This document shows, in pieces, positions 26,202 through 37,104 of a DNA stretch of 64,000 nucleotides. The position numbers were made by a program, and so were the translations under genes. The notes below the pieces were generated by a model that did not search any database, was not told the origin of the DNA, and worked only from the letters and a program-made list of their open reading frames with translations. Origin of the DNA: Phoronis australis (taxonomy: Eukaryota > Animalia > Phoronida); contig NMRA01000647.1 of assembly GCA_002633005.1 (NCBI GenBank), forward strand, positions 151,050-215,049, written 5' to 3'. The stretch's first letter is position 1, and every line of letters starts with the position of its first letter.

Positions 26202-26441
26202 ACCAATCGGAGCTTGAGTTGGTGACATAATTACCCTCCATGAAAGCTTTCGTGTGCACACAAATGTTTCATAACTGGTTGGTCGCGAATTTATGTAAGA
26301 TTTAAATTTTCTTATAAGCTCCCTATTAGTTTACAGCGTGCGTGTAATTTGACAACTACATGTACAAATTTGCTAAATATTGTTTGAAGAGATTTAGGAT
26401 TTGCTTGATGAAGCACGGTTATTTAACGACGTGGGAAAATG
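26202..26441 (-). promoter_or_regulatory. Conserved upstream block of paralog 2 (CCAAT box, D-box TTATGTAA)
   Basis: Aligns with 30825-31067 although the introns do not align. CCAAT at 26203; TTATGTAA at 26291. Confidence 0.7.
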
Positions 26442-27450
26442 TTGCTTGGGGTTGGACTTGGCTGTGGCGGATAAGTTGAAGTACGTTGGGATTCCTTTGT
26501 CGGTACCACCACTGACGTGGTAACAATACCATACCAACGGGAACATCTCATTGTCCTGTTACCTGATACGACTCTTGGCACTGCCAAATAACTAATTAAT
26601 CGGATGGGCTATGAAACAATGGAATGTGTTTACTCTCGACACTAACGAGTTTTATTCTCCTCAACGACATTTATTGGATTCTTCCCATAGACTAACGTAT
26701 TTCAACAATTTGTTCAAGTGTACATTGTAGTTTGCTAAGTCACATTTGCTAGTTGTAATGCCATTTACATTACTAAGGATGGACGTTGTGCATTCCTTGG
26801 TTAAAATCTCTTTAAAATATTTCACATAGGGAGTTCTAGTTCACTGCCCTATTTCTACCTTCAGAAATCTATAGAACGGTTTTTATAGTATCATCTATAT
26901 TTGTAAAACCGTGTTTGGAAAAAATTTTAACAAGGTGTCACCGCTTCCTGCAATGCTAATTCAGGTTAATGGCTTAAAAAGACAGCTGTCACTGAATTTC
27001 TACGCATGGGCTAGGCATAAAATTGTTGCTTGACTAGAACAAACCCCTCCACGAAAAGGTTACCTTTTCATGGAACTTCTATACAAATGAGTCCCATTTC
27101 GAGTCAATCTCTAAGTGGGTGGGTATGCATGAGTATGCTCGGTGTACTCCTGTTCAATAGAACGCTGAGTATCTTCCCTGGTGACACGTAACTCCATGAA
27201 ACGTGACTGAGGCCAATGAAATGGACAATGTCTGACAGCTGTTCATAACTTAACTATCCATCGCATACATCGCTCATGCGACCTACGTTACGGAAACAAT
27301 TACTTCAATTAGGGGTCCACTCCCACAAAAACCGCGATTTCAATTGATGCTATAAGCAGCTTTATACCACATTATTAGCGTCAAATGACAAATACAACAG
27401 TGTAATAACCCATTTAGTTATCTCACTAGTGATGTAACATTTTTTCGGGA

Positions 27451-27521
27451 AACCGAGGCCGGTTTCGTACCCGGGCCCCAAAAGTTTCGAGTCGCCGACT
27501 TCACCACTACACCACTCAGCC
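27451..27521 (-). pseudogene. tRNA-like sequence (SINE head or tRNA pseudogene)
   Basis: Minus strand GGCTGAG-TGGTGTAGTGG (A box) ... CCCGGGTACGAAACCGG (B box/T arm)-CCTCGGTT. The acceptor stem can pair; the anticodon stem is degenerate. Confidence 0.55.
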
Positions 27522-28509
27522 GCTGACGTCATCGAACGTGAAAATAGAATTATTAAATGAGCACGCGCATCAATCACATGTTCAGCAAAGGCCATTTTAC
27601 CGACATTTATACGCTATGAAAAATAAGATGCCAGAGAGGGAACCCCTCAAAGTGTGGACAGATTCCAAGATTGATATCAGTTACAGCACTGCCTTGTCCT
27701 ATTAAGACGCAATTTCTAAAATGAACTCGTTACGTTAACAACTTAGGGCCTGCTATTATGAAATCGGCTTCATCTTGTTCCGTTTTAGGACTAGAAATGA
27801 TTTCTAGCCTCGTTTCAGTTCAATCACATCATCTTGCTTGTCACGGCGAGTTATTTCCGACATAGGCATGTATGCGGCCGTAAGGGGGCAATGCAGAAGA
27901 TTTAAAGGTAACATATTTCAATTAAGATTAAGTGTACAGGCCCAGTTTCATTCTTTGCAGGTCTTTAACGGCAAGCGTAACTTGGGCTTTTTTAAACAAT
28001 TAGGTGGGTCTTCAATCCCATAAGAACTAAAACATTAATTCTTATAGATCATTTTGTGATGTAAAACTTTTTCTCGGATAAACTTCCCCTTGCTCTGCCA
28101 TTCACAGCGCCGCCAAACTTGTTTTTTACCTTAGGAGAAACCCGGCGAACGCCCGCACAGAAGTTTACAGCAAATGTAATATTTATTGCTTCTTTAAGTA
28201 CTAGCCATAATCATTACGTGGACGGCATGGATATTTGGGAAAAAGGGCGGACCATGTCCCTATTTTTAGGAGAATCTCAGTGTGCGAAGTTTACATGTAC
28301 AATACCATGCGAATCGTGCCAGGTATCGAATTTCCTCGTGTTGCAAACTGTTTCGTTACACTGGACACGTAATGTCGCCCCGACGACAATGCCGAGAGCG
28401 ATGCCTTCAAGTGAAATGTAGCAATATAGTTGTAAAACTTTCAGACTCTCCACCTCTGGTATGGCTAATGGCTATTTTATCCTGTTTGTGTGGTTTCTGA
28501 TGTATAAAA

Positions 28510-28511
<2 letters not shown>

Positions 28512-28566
<55 letters not shown>
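28512..28566. repeat. (TG)n microsatellite
   Basis: About 27 perfect TG units. Confidence 0.98.
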
Positions 28567-28571
<5 letters not shown>

Positions 28572-28943
28572 AATACCTAGACTTGCAACAAAATTAAATA
28601 CTGGAACAACTAATGTTGAGTTTGTATTTGAGTGGTTCGAGGTGCTTCGACGATTGTGAGAACAATTCACAGGCCTACATTTTTCTACGTTTATGGGTGT
28701 CGGAAGACAGCAAGGGGGGTGGAAGTAAATTGCTTGACTTGTTGAAAGAGTCATTATTTATTAAATAATGATAAAAGTTCATATTTACATAAACTGTACA
28801 CTGCACTTGACACTGTGAACTCAATGCTTCGACTAAGTTTCATGAGTCAAGGTAAATATGCCTTGTAACAAAAATATCAACATATGGACAGACACAGATT
28901 TCAAAGTATAAAACATAAATCTCAATAACATATTAACTTATAC

Positions 28944-30667
28944 CTAAGGAACAGTGCTAACAGTGTTAATTTTCATTTCTGATTCAAAGTTGTACTCGTT
29001 GTTACTGAACGGAACGGGGCGGGTGAAATGTCTATAGAACAGCACACATATCTTTACAACGCCTGCCAGAGAAGCAAGCACGAGAAGCAGAATTGAAGAA
29101 GTAGAATTTATTGTGCCAGGGGTGTAATTCTTATCGATACTACCAATAAGAGCCACAATAACGACTATGTAGGGGCTGAACTGATATCTTGTGAATTTGT
29201 CGAAAACAAACACGTCTAGTCCAAACCACAAGACAAGTTCACCAGCTAGTATTGAGAGAATAACGGTACTGGCAATGCTTTGCTCAACACCGAGTCTGTA
29301 AGCAAGAACTTGTGCAAAGTTCAGTAAGGTGGCAATTGTGACCCATGTAGCGTAGAAGGCCAGGCCGTTTTGAATAAACAGACGAGTCATCCAAATGTCC
29401 TTCTGTAATCCCATTTTCGCCAAGTAGTTGCCACTCTTGTTCAGGCGCACGTGCGATATGACTAAGCAAATGTACAGCGTGAAAGGAAGAAGAGCTATGG
29501 GTATTAAAGCCCAGTCGATCATAAGACGATCCCAGATGACCAGCCAGGCAACATTGCACCCTAGATTGATGATGTATGAAATATAAAACAACGGTGATTC
29601 GGTTTGCGGGTTCGCGTACAAGGCATATCCTTCCGGAGTTTTACGAAATATTGCTGCAATGACGTATATCAGCCAAATTATTTGCCATGTGTAGATGAAA
29701 CCCCAAATTGAAAAGGTCCAGCTGGCAGGAGTCACTTCTATATAGCGCATGTCGTCTCTGAACGGTGACGTGTTTGTGAAGAGACCTGGAAGAAACAAAA
29801 TGGTGGTGACAGATTGACAAGAGTCATCAAGTTTTACTGGCCGGTGAAATGGTGAAAAGAGTGTTGTTACATGCTACGCGTCGCCGATTTTGGAACTTTC
29901 CACAAATTAAGATAATATTTGTCGCGTATATATTACTGTCTTTCGAAACTCCGATTCCCTATCAGCATTAAGCCAATCGCTACTTACCCATTTGCTGTCC
30001 GATGGGGGACATGCCTATTGAGTTCACGAACAACGTAAACGCAAAACATGAGGCGGTCAACACCGTAAGGAACGCCAGAAGTGGATTGTGGGTAGCTGGC
30101 TTGGGAGTCTGAAAGAGTAAAATGTATGTTCAAAATGAAAATCTAATTGAAAACATTTTGAAATATTTTGCTTTAGAAAAGGAAAAAACATCTTGAAAGC
30201 AAAACCAGCGGTTAATTCTAGAAGTAGGCGCGGTTTAAGGCAACATATTGCTATCAGTGCTACTTCGGTCGATATGACCTGATATCACCATATATTTAAC
30301 TGATATTCTATGATATCACCATCGGAAACGGGTGTAGCGAATATCACGTGCATATGAAGGGCAATAGGCCTTCTTCGATTTTTATTGATCGAAGTATTCT
30401 TGTAACTATACAACCTACTCAGGGATACAACAACATGAGATTACTGATACAATTATTCAAGCCTCTAATTCGTCAAAAAATAATAAAAAATAATATCAAA
30501 TCGCATTTCGTTGCATTTTGTTGACCAGAGAATGTTGAAAACAACTTATGATACAAAGTCCATGACTTATTGAGCTTAGTAGTAGTAGTAGGCCTAAGTT
30601 GATAACATTTCAACACTTTGTTTGCATGGTTCAGTATATTATCGAAAGAACAAACCTCGGTTGTCAT
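28944..30667 (-). CDS. TspO/MBR-like multi-pass membrane protein, paralog 3. Exons 30667-30656, 30108-29988, 29785-28944
   Basis: MTTE|TPKPATHNPLLAFLTVLT...GQQM|GLFTNTSPFRDDMRYIEVTPASWTFSIWGFIYTWQ. All introns GT-AG and in frame. Confidence 0.9.
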
Positions 30668-30824
30668 CCTGGAATCCACGCAAGACTGTTGTGTTGACAG
30701 TATATAGTGGAAAAGCTAACACAAAAACTTCGGTGCTGATGTGTCGTGTATCTGCAAATAGATGCGTGTAAATAAAGATCTCGTTTTTATTATTTTGGGA
30801 TAATAACATACCTAAAATGTGTTG

Positions 30825-31067
30825 ACCAATCAGAGCTTGAGTTGGTGACATAACGATCCTTCACGAGCAGAAGCTTTTGTGTACACACACAAATGTTTCA
30901 TAAGGTGCTAAGAAATATATAGGTCACGAATTTATGTAAGTCGTTCCCCTCTTTTATGTAAGCTTTATTGTTTGCTTGTAGCGCAATTTGACAACCACAA
31001 TTTGCCTAAGCATTATTATAGGCAGTGATTTAGCATTTGCTCGGGCGTCAAATGACGTGAGAAAATG
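30825..31067 (-). promoter_or_regulatory. Conserved upstream block of paralog 3 (CCAAT, two D-boxes, TGACGT)
   Basis: CCAAT at 30826; TTATGTAA at 30932 and 30954; homologous to 26202-26441. Confidence 0.7.
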
Positions 31068-31869
31068 ACTGGCTTGACATCGACAAATTTAATTACCACA
31101 GTGCTTTAGTCTGCCTACACACATTACCTGGGACTATCCTAGACATCATAATGGTCGAACTGAATTTAGTTCATTGAACTGAACGACTCGGACATATACG
31201 AAGGCACTGGCCGGCAGGTGACAGACTTAGCAACCTCTGAAAACTACCGCTATGCGGTCCATCAGCCTTCAGTTGTCTTATAGGATAAAGCAATTGTTGA
31301 ACCACAAAAAACAATAGATTCTAGACTGCGGCACATCTTGAAACCTGCACCTCAGTCAGGATCCCAGCCTCAGTGAACTTTTTACTAAACGCGGCGGATG
31401 TAGAATTTCTGGAATTCAATGCCAATCAAGATGCATTGAATCATCAATTTCAAATCAAATTTACTTATTATTGATTTGTTCCTGCGGCATTCGGTCACAG
31501 GCCCATAATTGATGGCACATTCAATATTCACCAAAAACTTATGTTTTACAAGAGCAAAGTGGAACGTTGAAACTGAAATGCACGGCCGGTTAACGGCAGC
31601 CGTATGCTTCTATAGCCTAGAGGAGTTACACTGAAGACTTGTCAATTACGTGGTGCAGAATTCGTCCAACCCGGCCGTGAACGTGAACTCCGGCCGCCAC
31701 CAAACAAAACTATTAATTGTCAAACTCATTCTTCACGAAAATCCGTAGATACAGATGTAGGCATGAAAGAAAACAAACGTCATGAAGAGGCGCAGCAGTA
31801 GTCAGATTGGTCTCATCTGTTTTCCACTGTAGGAATACACAGGGGTTCAGCAGACGCAACCGTAGATGC

Positions 31870-32052
31870 GAGAAAATGCCACTAGGGGGCAGCACAGTAA
31901 ATGGACCAGTCGTGAACACACCCACACTGCCCATATACCGGTAAACCTCTAAGTGCTTTGGCGTATACGGAGGCTGACGACAAAAACAGACTTGCCAATA
32001 ATAAAAATGGTCACTAAGTGGTGAGGAATGAGTGGAGTTCATCTCAAAATGG
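31870..32052 (+). repeat. Two-monomer remnant of the HINE tandem repeat, with a consensus CTCF-like motif
   Basis: aaaatgccactagggggcagca at 31873-31894 and aaaaatggtcactaagtggtg ~130 bp later. Same motifs and spacing as monomers at 1561 and 1691. Confidence 0.6.
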
Positions 32053-32097
32053 AAACGTTCTGTCGTGTTCATTATAATAAGTACTGTATAGTTATTC

Positions 32098-32335
32098 CCC
32101 TTATAAAAATAAACTTAAGTTTTCATTGAAAAACCTAAGTTCTTGGTCGGAAAAACTAGTTTTCATGCACCAAAACTTATAAGTTTTTGGCAAACACTTT
32201 TAAAAGCATTTTGGAACAAGTTTTTTGGAACAAACTTTAGTTTTCTTAACTTAAGTTTTCAAAAACTTAAGTTCTAAAAACTTTTAAGTTTTTAGTAAGA
32301 ACTTAAGTATTTCCTCTTAAACTTAAGTTATGTTC
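32098..32335. repeat. Cluster of AACTTAAGTT palindromic repeats (probable DNA-transposon subterminal region)
   Basis: About 9 exact or variant aacttaagtt units in 240 bp. Confidence 0.65.
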
Positions 32336-32506
32336 CACGAAGGAAGAAATGCTTCTAAAGTAAATAGAGCGAAAATACTAAAACTAGGGAGACGAGAGAT
32401 TGCAATGCACAAACCGGAAATCTAACAAGTAAGTAGGCCTAAAAAAGAACACTACTTCTACATCATGAAAACCGTGCAAGCTCACAACATTGAAGACCGA
32501 TAACAT

Positions 32507-32703
32507 CAGGTGTGCACCCATCCTAAAATATAGGGGGCTCGAATTTTTTAGAGTGTGGACATTTTATTAAAACAAGAAAAAAAAAAACGGGGTACGTTCA
32601 GAGCTATGAATTGTGCATTCGCCGAATTCCTGCCTCTTTAGTGGACTTTTGTCTCGTTTTCTTAGATTTTTCTACCAACTTGTCAACCTCGGGTGCGCGC
32701 ATG
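32507..32703 (+). mobile_element. MITE copy C with perfect 5-bp TSD
   Basis: aacat|caggtgtgcaccc ... gggtgcgcgcatg|aacat; internal similarity to 14985-15233. Confidence 0.8.
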
Positions 32704-34011
32704 AACATATGCCTACACTGCACACTGATCAGAATACGAGTGAATAAAACTGGCGGGTAAAATGTTTTTAAATGCCAATACCACGTCACCAGTCCAAGAT
32801 CTGGGCGTACTTCAAATATACACGACTTACCAAACAATACTAGGCCTATAAATTGGAAATACGAATGGTTGTGTCTGCAGTAACAACGTAGCGTTATCCC
32901 CCATGCCGGGGAATACCTAATGGGTTATTAGTTGGTAGCAGGGCCGTGGGGCTCGGGCGGGTGGTGGCACGTGCCCCCGATAATTTACTGGGTTCCAGGT
33001 GAAATCGTGGCCACCGTCATAGGCGTAGGGCAGGGGTAGTCGTAAGAAAAGAGAGACGAAGCATGCAGCGCAGATGAAACGAAAAAATAAGAGCATACAT
33101 GTATCTGTCAACCACCGTCCATGGCCAGCGCCGAGGTTACCCTTTGGGCGCACTCTGGCCACTCCGATTTCTGTTACGGGCAGGAGATATAGTGTACACC
33201 GTCAAAATGCGGCATTTTTAAGAGTTATCGTAATCACATACAATGCAACTCTCGTTCTTTTTTTCGCTTTCTTATTCGAAAATGCACAATCTTTTAATCG
33301 GAAACAGGAACAATTTAGAAATATCTTAATTAAAGCATCATTTGCAGCTTATTTTTTGCTTTTGAAATTATTGAACTTCCATAATTAAGGGGCTTGAAGG
33401 GGCCTGACGGTGAAATTCGGCATAGCCGTCCACCATTTTCAGAATTTTAATTTACATCCTTTTCTTCCTAAAGGAGGCCCAATCGGATGGAATCAATTGC
33501 CTCCTTTTCTATTAGTTGTTAAATCGTATATCAACCGTTTTTTTCCAATGGATCGCACTGCGATAGTTTTTTAATGATATTACTTTTCATGTTAAGGGGA
33601 CTCCTTTCGGCTCCTTTCTTGTCCCTTTGTCACCCCTGAATACTTGGCATTGTCAACTAATCAAGCTGGGAAGTAGGTAAAATTTCAATACAGTCAAAAA
33701 ACACAACGTGATCATGTGAAACTTATCAGCATCAAAAGACGTGCTTCCCAAACAAAAGAAAATGTGAGATTGTGTTGAACAAAACAAAATCAATAGCATA
33801 AATTGGCATCGAAAGGACACTCTGAAGTTTGAAGAACTCGGAGACCACAGATGTTACGGTATCATTGATGGCTCCCGACGATACGGATATCTGTATTTAT
33901 TTATTTTTTAAAAACGTTTTGGAGGTCGTTGTTGTGTAAAGTTTCCTTTATGAAGATGGAAGTGTTCGAAGGAACTCGCACGTGTCAAACACGGACTGTC
34001 GGGAGTGTTAG

Positions 34012-34380
34012 GTTTATCATCGTGTACAGTGTGCACGTGTGACGAATTATTGTGAGCTATTCAAAGTACGTTTTGGAGTGCAATTTGAACTCTTAAAACG
34101 TAGGAGGTTGTCACCACAATAAACCAGAATACACGTTCACACGGATAAGTCCTGCAAATGTCTTATATATAAGAGAGGGATTGGAACTCGGTCAGTTCAT
34201 TCTCGGGAGGGGAAGAGGCAGACACCCAAAACTTGGCAGTTTGCAAGGAACCCCGGAACTGCACTCCTTCAAAATGCACCTTCAAAGCCTGATCCAAAAA
34301 ATGAAATTTCACCATACTTGACCTGTATTATTAAAGAAAATATAATTGGCGTACATGTAGTTTTCACTCTTTAAAATACT
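34012..34380 (+). repeat. Direct repeat, copy 1 (~365 bp)
   Basis: gtttatcatcgtgtac...gttttcactctttaaaatact; closely matches 35115-35481. Confidence 0.95.
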
Positions 34381-35113
34381 GGAGCCAGCAGCATGCTCGA
34401 CTTTGCACCGGATCGGATTGATACGCGATGGACAAAAGATGTATTACTCTCCAGAGAGGCATCAGTTCCTGATGTAGAACACAGTTTATTAGAATTATTT
34501 GCTGACCAGCAAATTAAACAGATTTATATTATGCCTTTTAAACTGTTGCTCCAACCTCAATTGAAAGTTTTTAAGTATTATCGCATTCATAAAAAGTTTA
34601 CACACAATATTTTTTAAAAGAAAATGCAAATAGTCCAAAACGACAAATGCTCATTTTGTGGAGTGGTAGAAACTTTTAGTCACTTGTTTTTGGAATGTCA
34701 GCATGTACTTTCTTTTTGGAATAATTTACAAACTTGGATTTCAAACGTCGTTGGAGATAACCTGTAACTGGCTGAAAAGCGTGTCCTACTATTTGCATAC
34801 ATTGGAAGTCATGGCTAAAAAATCAATCACGTATTAACGTTAGCTCAGTACTTTATACATACTTGTTCGAAGTCTTCATGTATTCCTGTACTTCAGAGAT
34901 TTCACCCCCAATTTTATTTGACACTGTCAAGACATGGAAAATTATGAAATCTAGAGAATTACCCCCTGACCTGCTGGGACTTTTTGAAACCCTTAAACAT
35001 TCAGTATAAATTCAAGCAGAGCTGGCCAGGAATGTGAGAGTGAATGGGTTTGTTTTCTTTTCTACTGTATTCCCTTGTTAATTTCATTTTATGCAAATAA
35101 ACTTTAAAAAAAA
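34381..35113 (+). mobile_element. 5'-truncated L1/Tx1-clade LINE remnant (zf-RVT C-terminus, 3'UTR, poly-A)
   Basis: Frameshifted translation ...IYIMPFK...QLKVFKY..IH.../KMQIVQNDKCSFCGVVETFSHLFLECQHVLSFW (CxxC..H..C zinc knuckle). AATAAA plus A-run at 35096-35113. Confidence 0.8.
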
Positions 35114-35114
35114 T

Positions 35115-35481
35115 GTTTATCATCGTGTACCGTGTGCATGTGTGACGAATTAATGTGAGCTATTCAAAGTACGTTTTGGAGTGCAATTTGAACTCATAAA
35201 CCGTAAGAGCTTGTCATCACAATGAACCAGAGTACACGTTCACACGGATGCGGATAAGCCCTGCAAATGTCTTATATAAGAGAGGGAATGGAACTCGGTC
35301 AGTTCAACCTCGGGAGGAGAGGCAGACACCCAAAACTTGGCAGTTTCCAAGGAACCCCGGAACTGCACTCCTTCAAAATGCACCTTCAAAGCCTGATCCC
35401 CCAAAAAATGAAATTTTGCAATACTTGACCTGTATTATTAAAGAGAATATCATTGGCGTAGTTTTCACTCTTGGAAATACT
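35115..35481 (+). repeat. Direct repeat, copy 2 (~365 bp)
   Basis: Begins immediately after the LINE A-tail; matches 34012-34380. Confidence 0.95.
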
Positions 35482-37104
35482 TGTCGGATGTATTGTCTAC
35501 GAGTGCTTCACATCGACAGTGGTCTCCAAGTTTCCGGCTTTATTATTCACAATCCTTCCGATTCGGAGCAATCTGTTAAGGTTCCATTCCCGTCTCACGC
35601 TGTTGGTTTATCTGAGGTGCCACGTGGTGGTACCTTGCATGGACAGATTTTGAGATTTTATTTTAGCAGTTTGGAAATTTGACTGCGGTTTTATTAGACA
35701 ATTGGAAACTTTATCTATTTCCCGCTTGAAGGGTTGATATGTGTCTTCTCATCTTACTTTAACCCTTTTCTGTTTCGCTGTCGATGCAGCATCTGTAAAG
35801 TCATTCCCTCTCGCATTTTTCCCATGATTGGACGCTGCGCTGTAGTCAGGATTTTTACAAAGTGCCCATATTGCTTGTCCGAATCTCCCACTGCGCTCGA
35901 ATGAGCGTAAGAGTATTCTTGATTAAATTCGACAACTTCTTACGGCTACCTCAGACCCCGAGGGTGTGTAGCAGTAATTTCTATGTTAGTTAGACGTTCC
36001 TGCATTCAGGCTATTTTCAGTAGTCGAAAACTGATAATAGAATTCACTTTGTCGAAACATATTGCTAGGATGTGCGGGTAACAAAAACATCAGGGCGAAG
36101 ACTCTGTTTTCAACTTCTAGATAAATGTGCGTTTATATATCACACACGGGCGGCGCAGCACTGAAAAAAAGTGGGGGGGGGGGNGTTGCGGTTGGGAAGG
36201 CTCCGTCGACGGGTCTTTACCTATGAAATCTAAACGATCCAAGGAAAAAAGTTATTTGCGCAACATAATTCATTTGAACCTCCATGGCAGCGCCCTCATG
36301 CTTTTTTGTCTTTTTGTCAGCTGAACTAGTCACGGGTACATATAGCCAGCATAGAGTTTTAGACTTTATACTTGAGACCAAAACTGTTATGGCGAACTGA
36401 TCATCACAATTTATTTTCATAGAGCGAATTTTGTTGTAGGAGGGAATCCCTTTCAGAGTTTCTTAAAACTTTTTTTCCGCATTTTTTCTGGGCACCAACT
36501 GTAGTTTTTATGTTGTATACTTGGTTACAAAGTGGTATCTATTTCAATTTAGATCCTTTCCCCAATATATTCCGTACAACATAGCCTAGTCCTCACAACA
36601 CTGAGTGAAAACTATTGTGACACACTGCTATCAAAAAATAAATGTGAGTAAATCATTTATTGTCACTGAGGAAGACACTTAAATTAAATACTGAGCACAT
36701 CGGTGTTGCAGCCACACCCCATAATGGTGCACATTCAAAACGTCTCCTAGGTTACCAGGAACAAGGCAAGTTAGAAAAACATATCTGAACCACATCAGGT
36801 TTGTCTTTGATCATTCTGATAGGTGTGAAGTGAGAATCTCAAATTCAACATAACAATTCTCATTTTGGCCATTGAGTATGATAATGGGAAATAAATAACA
36901 AACAATTACACAAGTGTACAAGTCGCTGGTTTCCACTCTCATTGTAAATTCTCCAGTGTGGAATTTATACTGCCTTAGAAGTCACATACATTTTGAACCG
37001 CAATGATAATGCTGACACTGGACTCTCAGGAGTATTTCAAACTAATGCACCATCAACTTTTCTCATGCATTAATGTTGGTAATCTCTTTATTATATCCCT
37101 TGCC

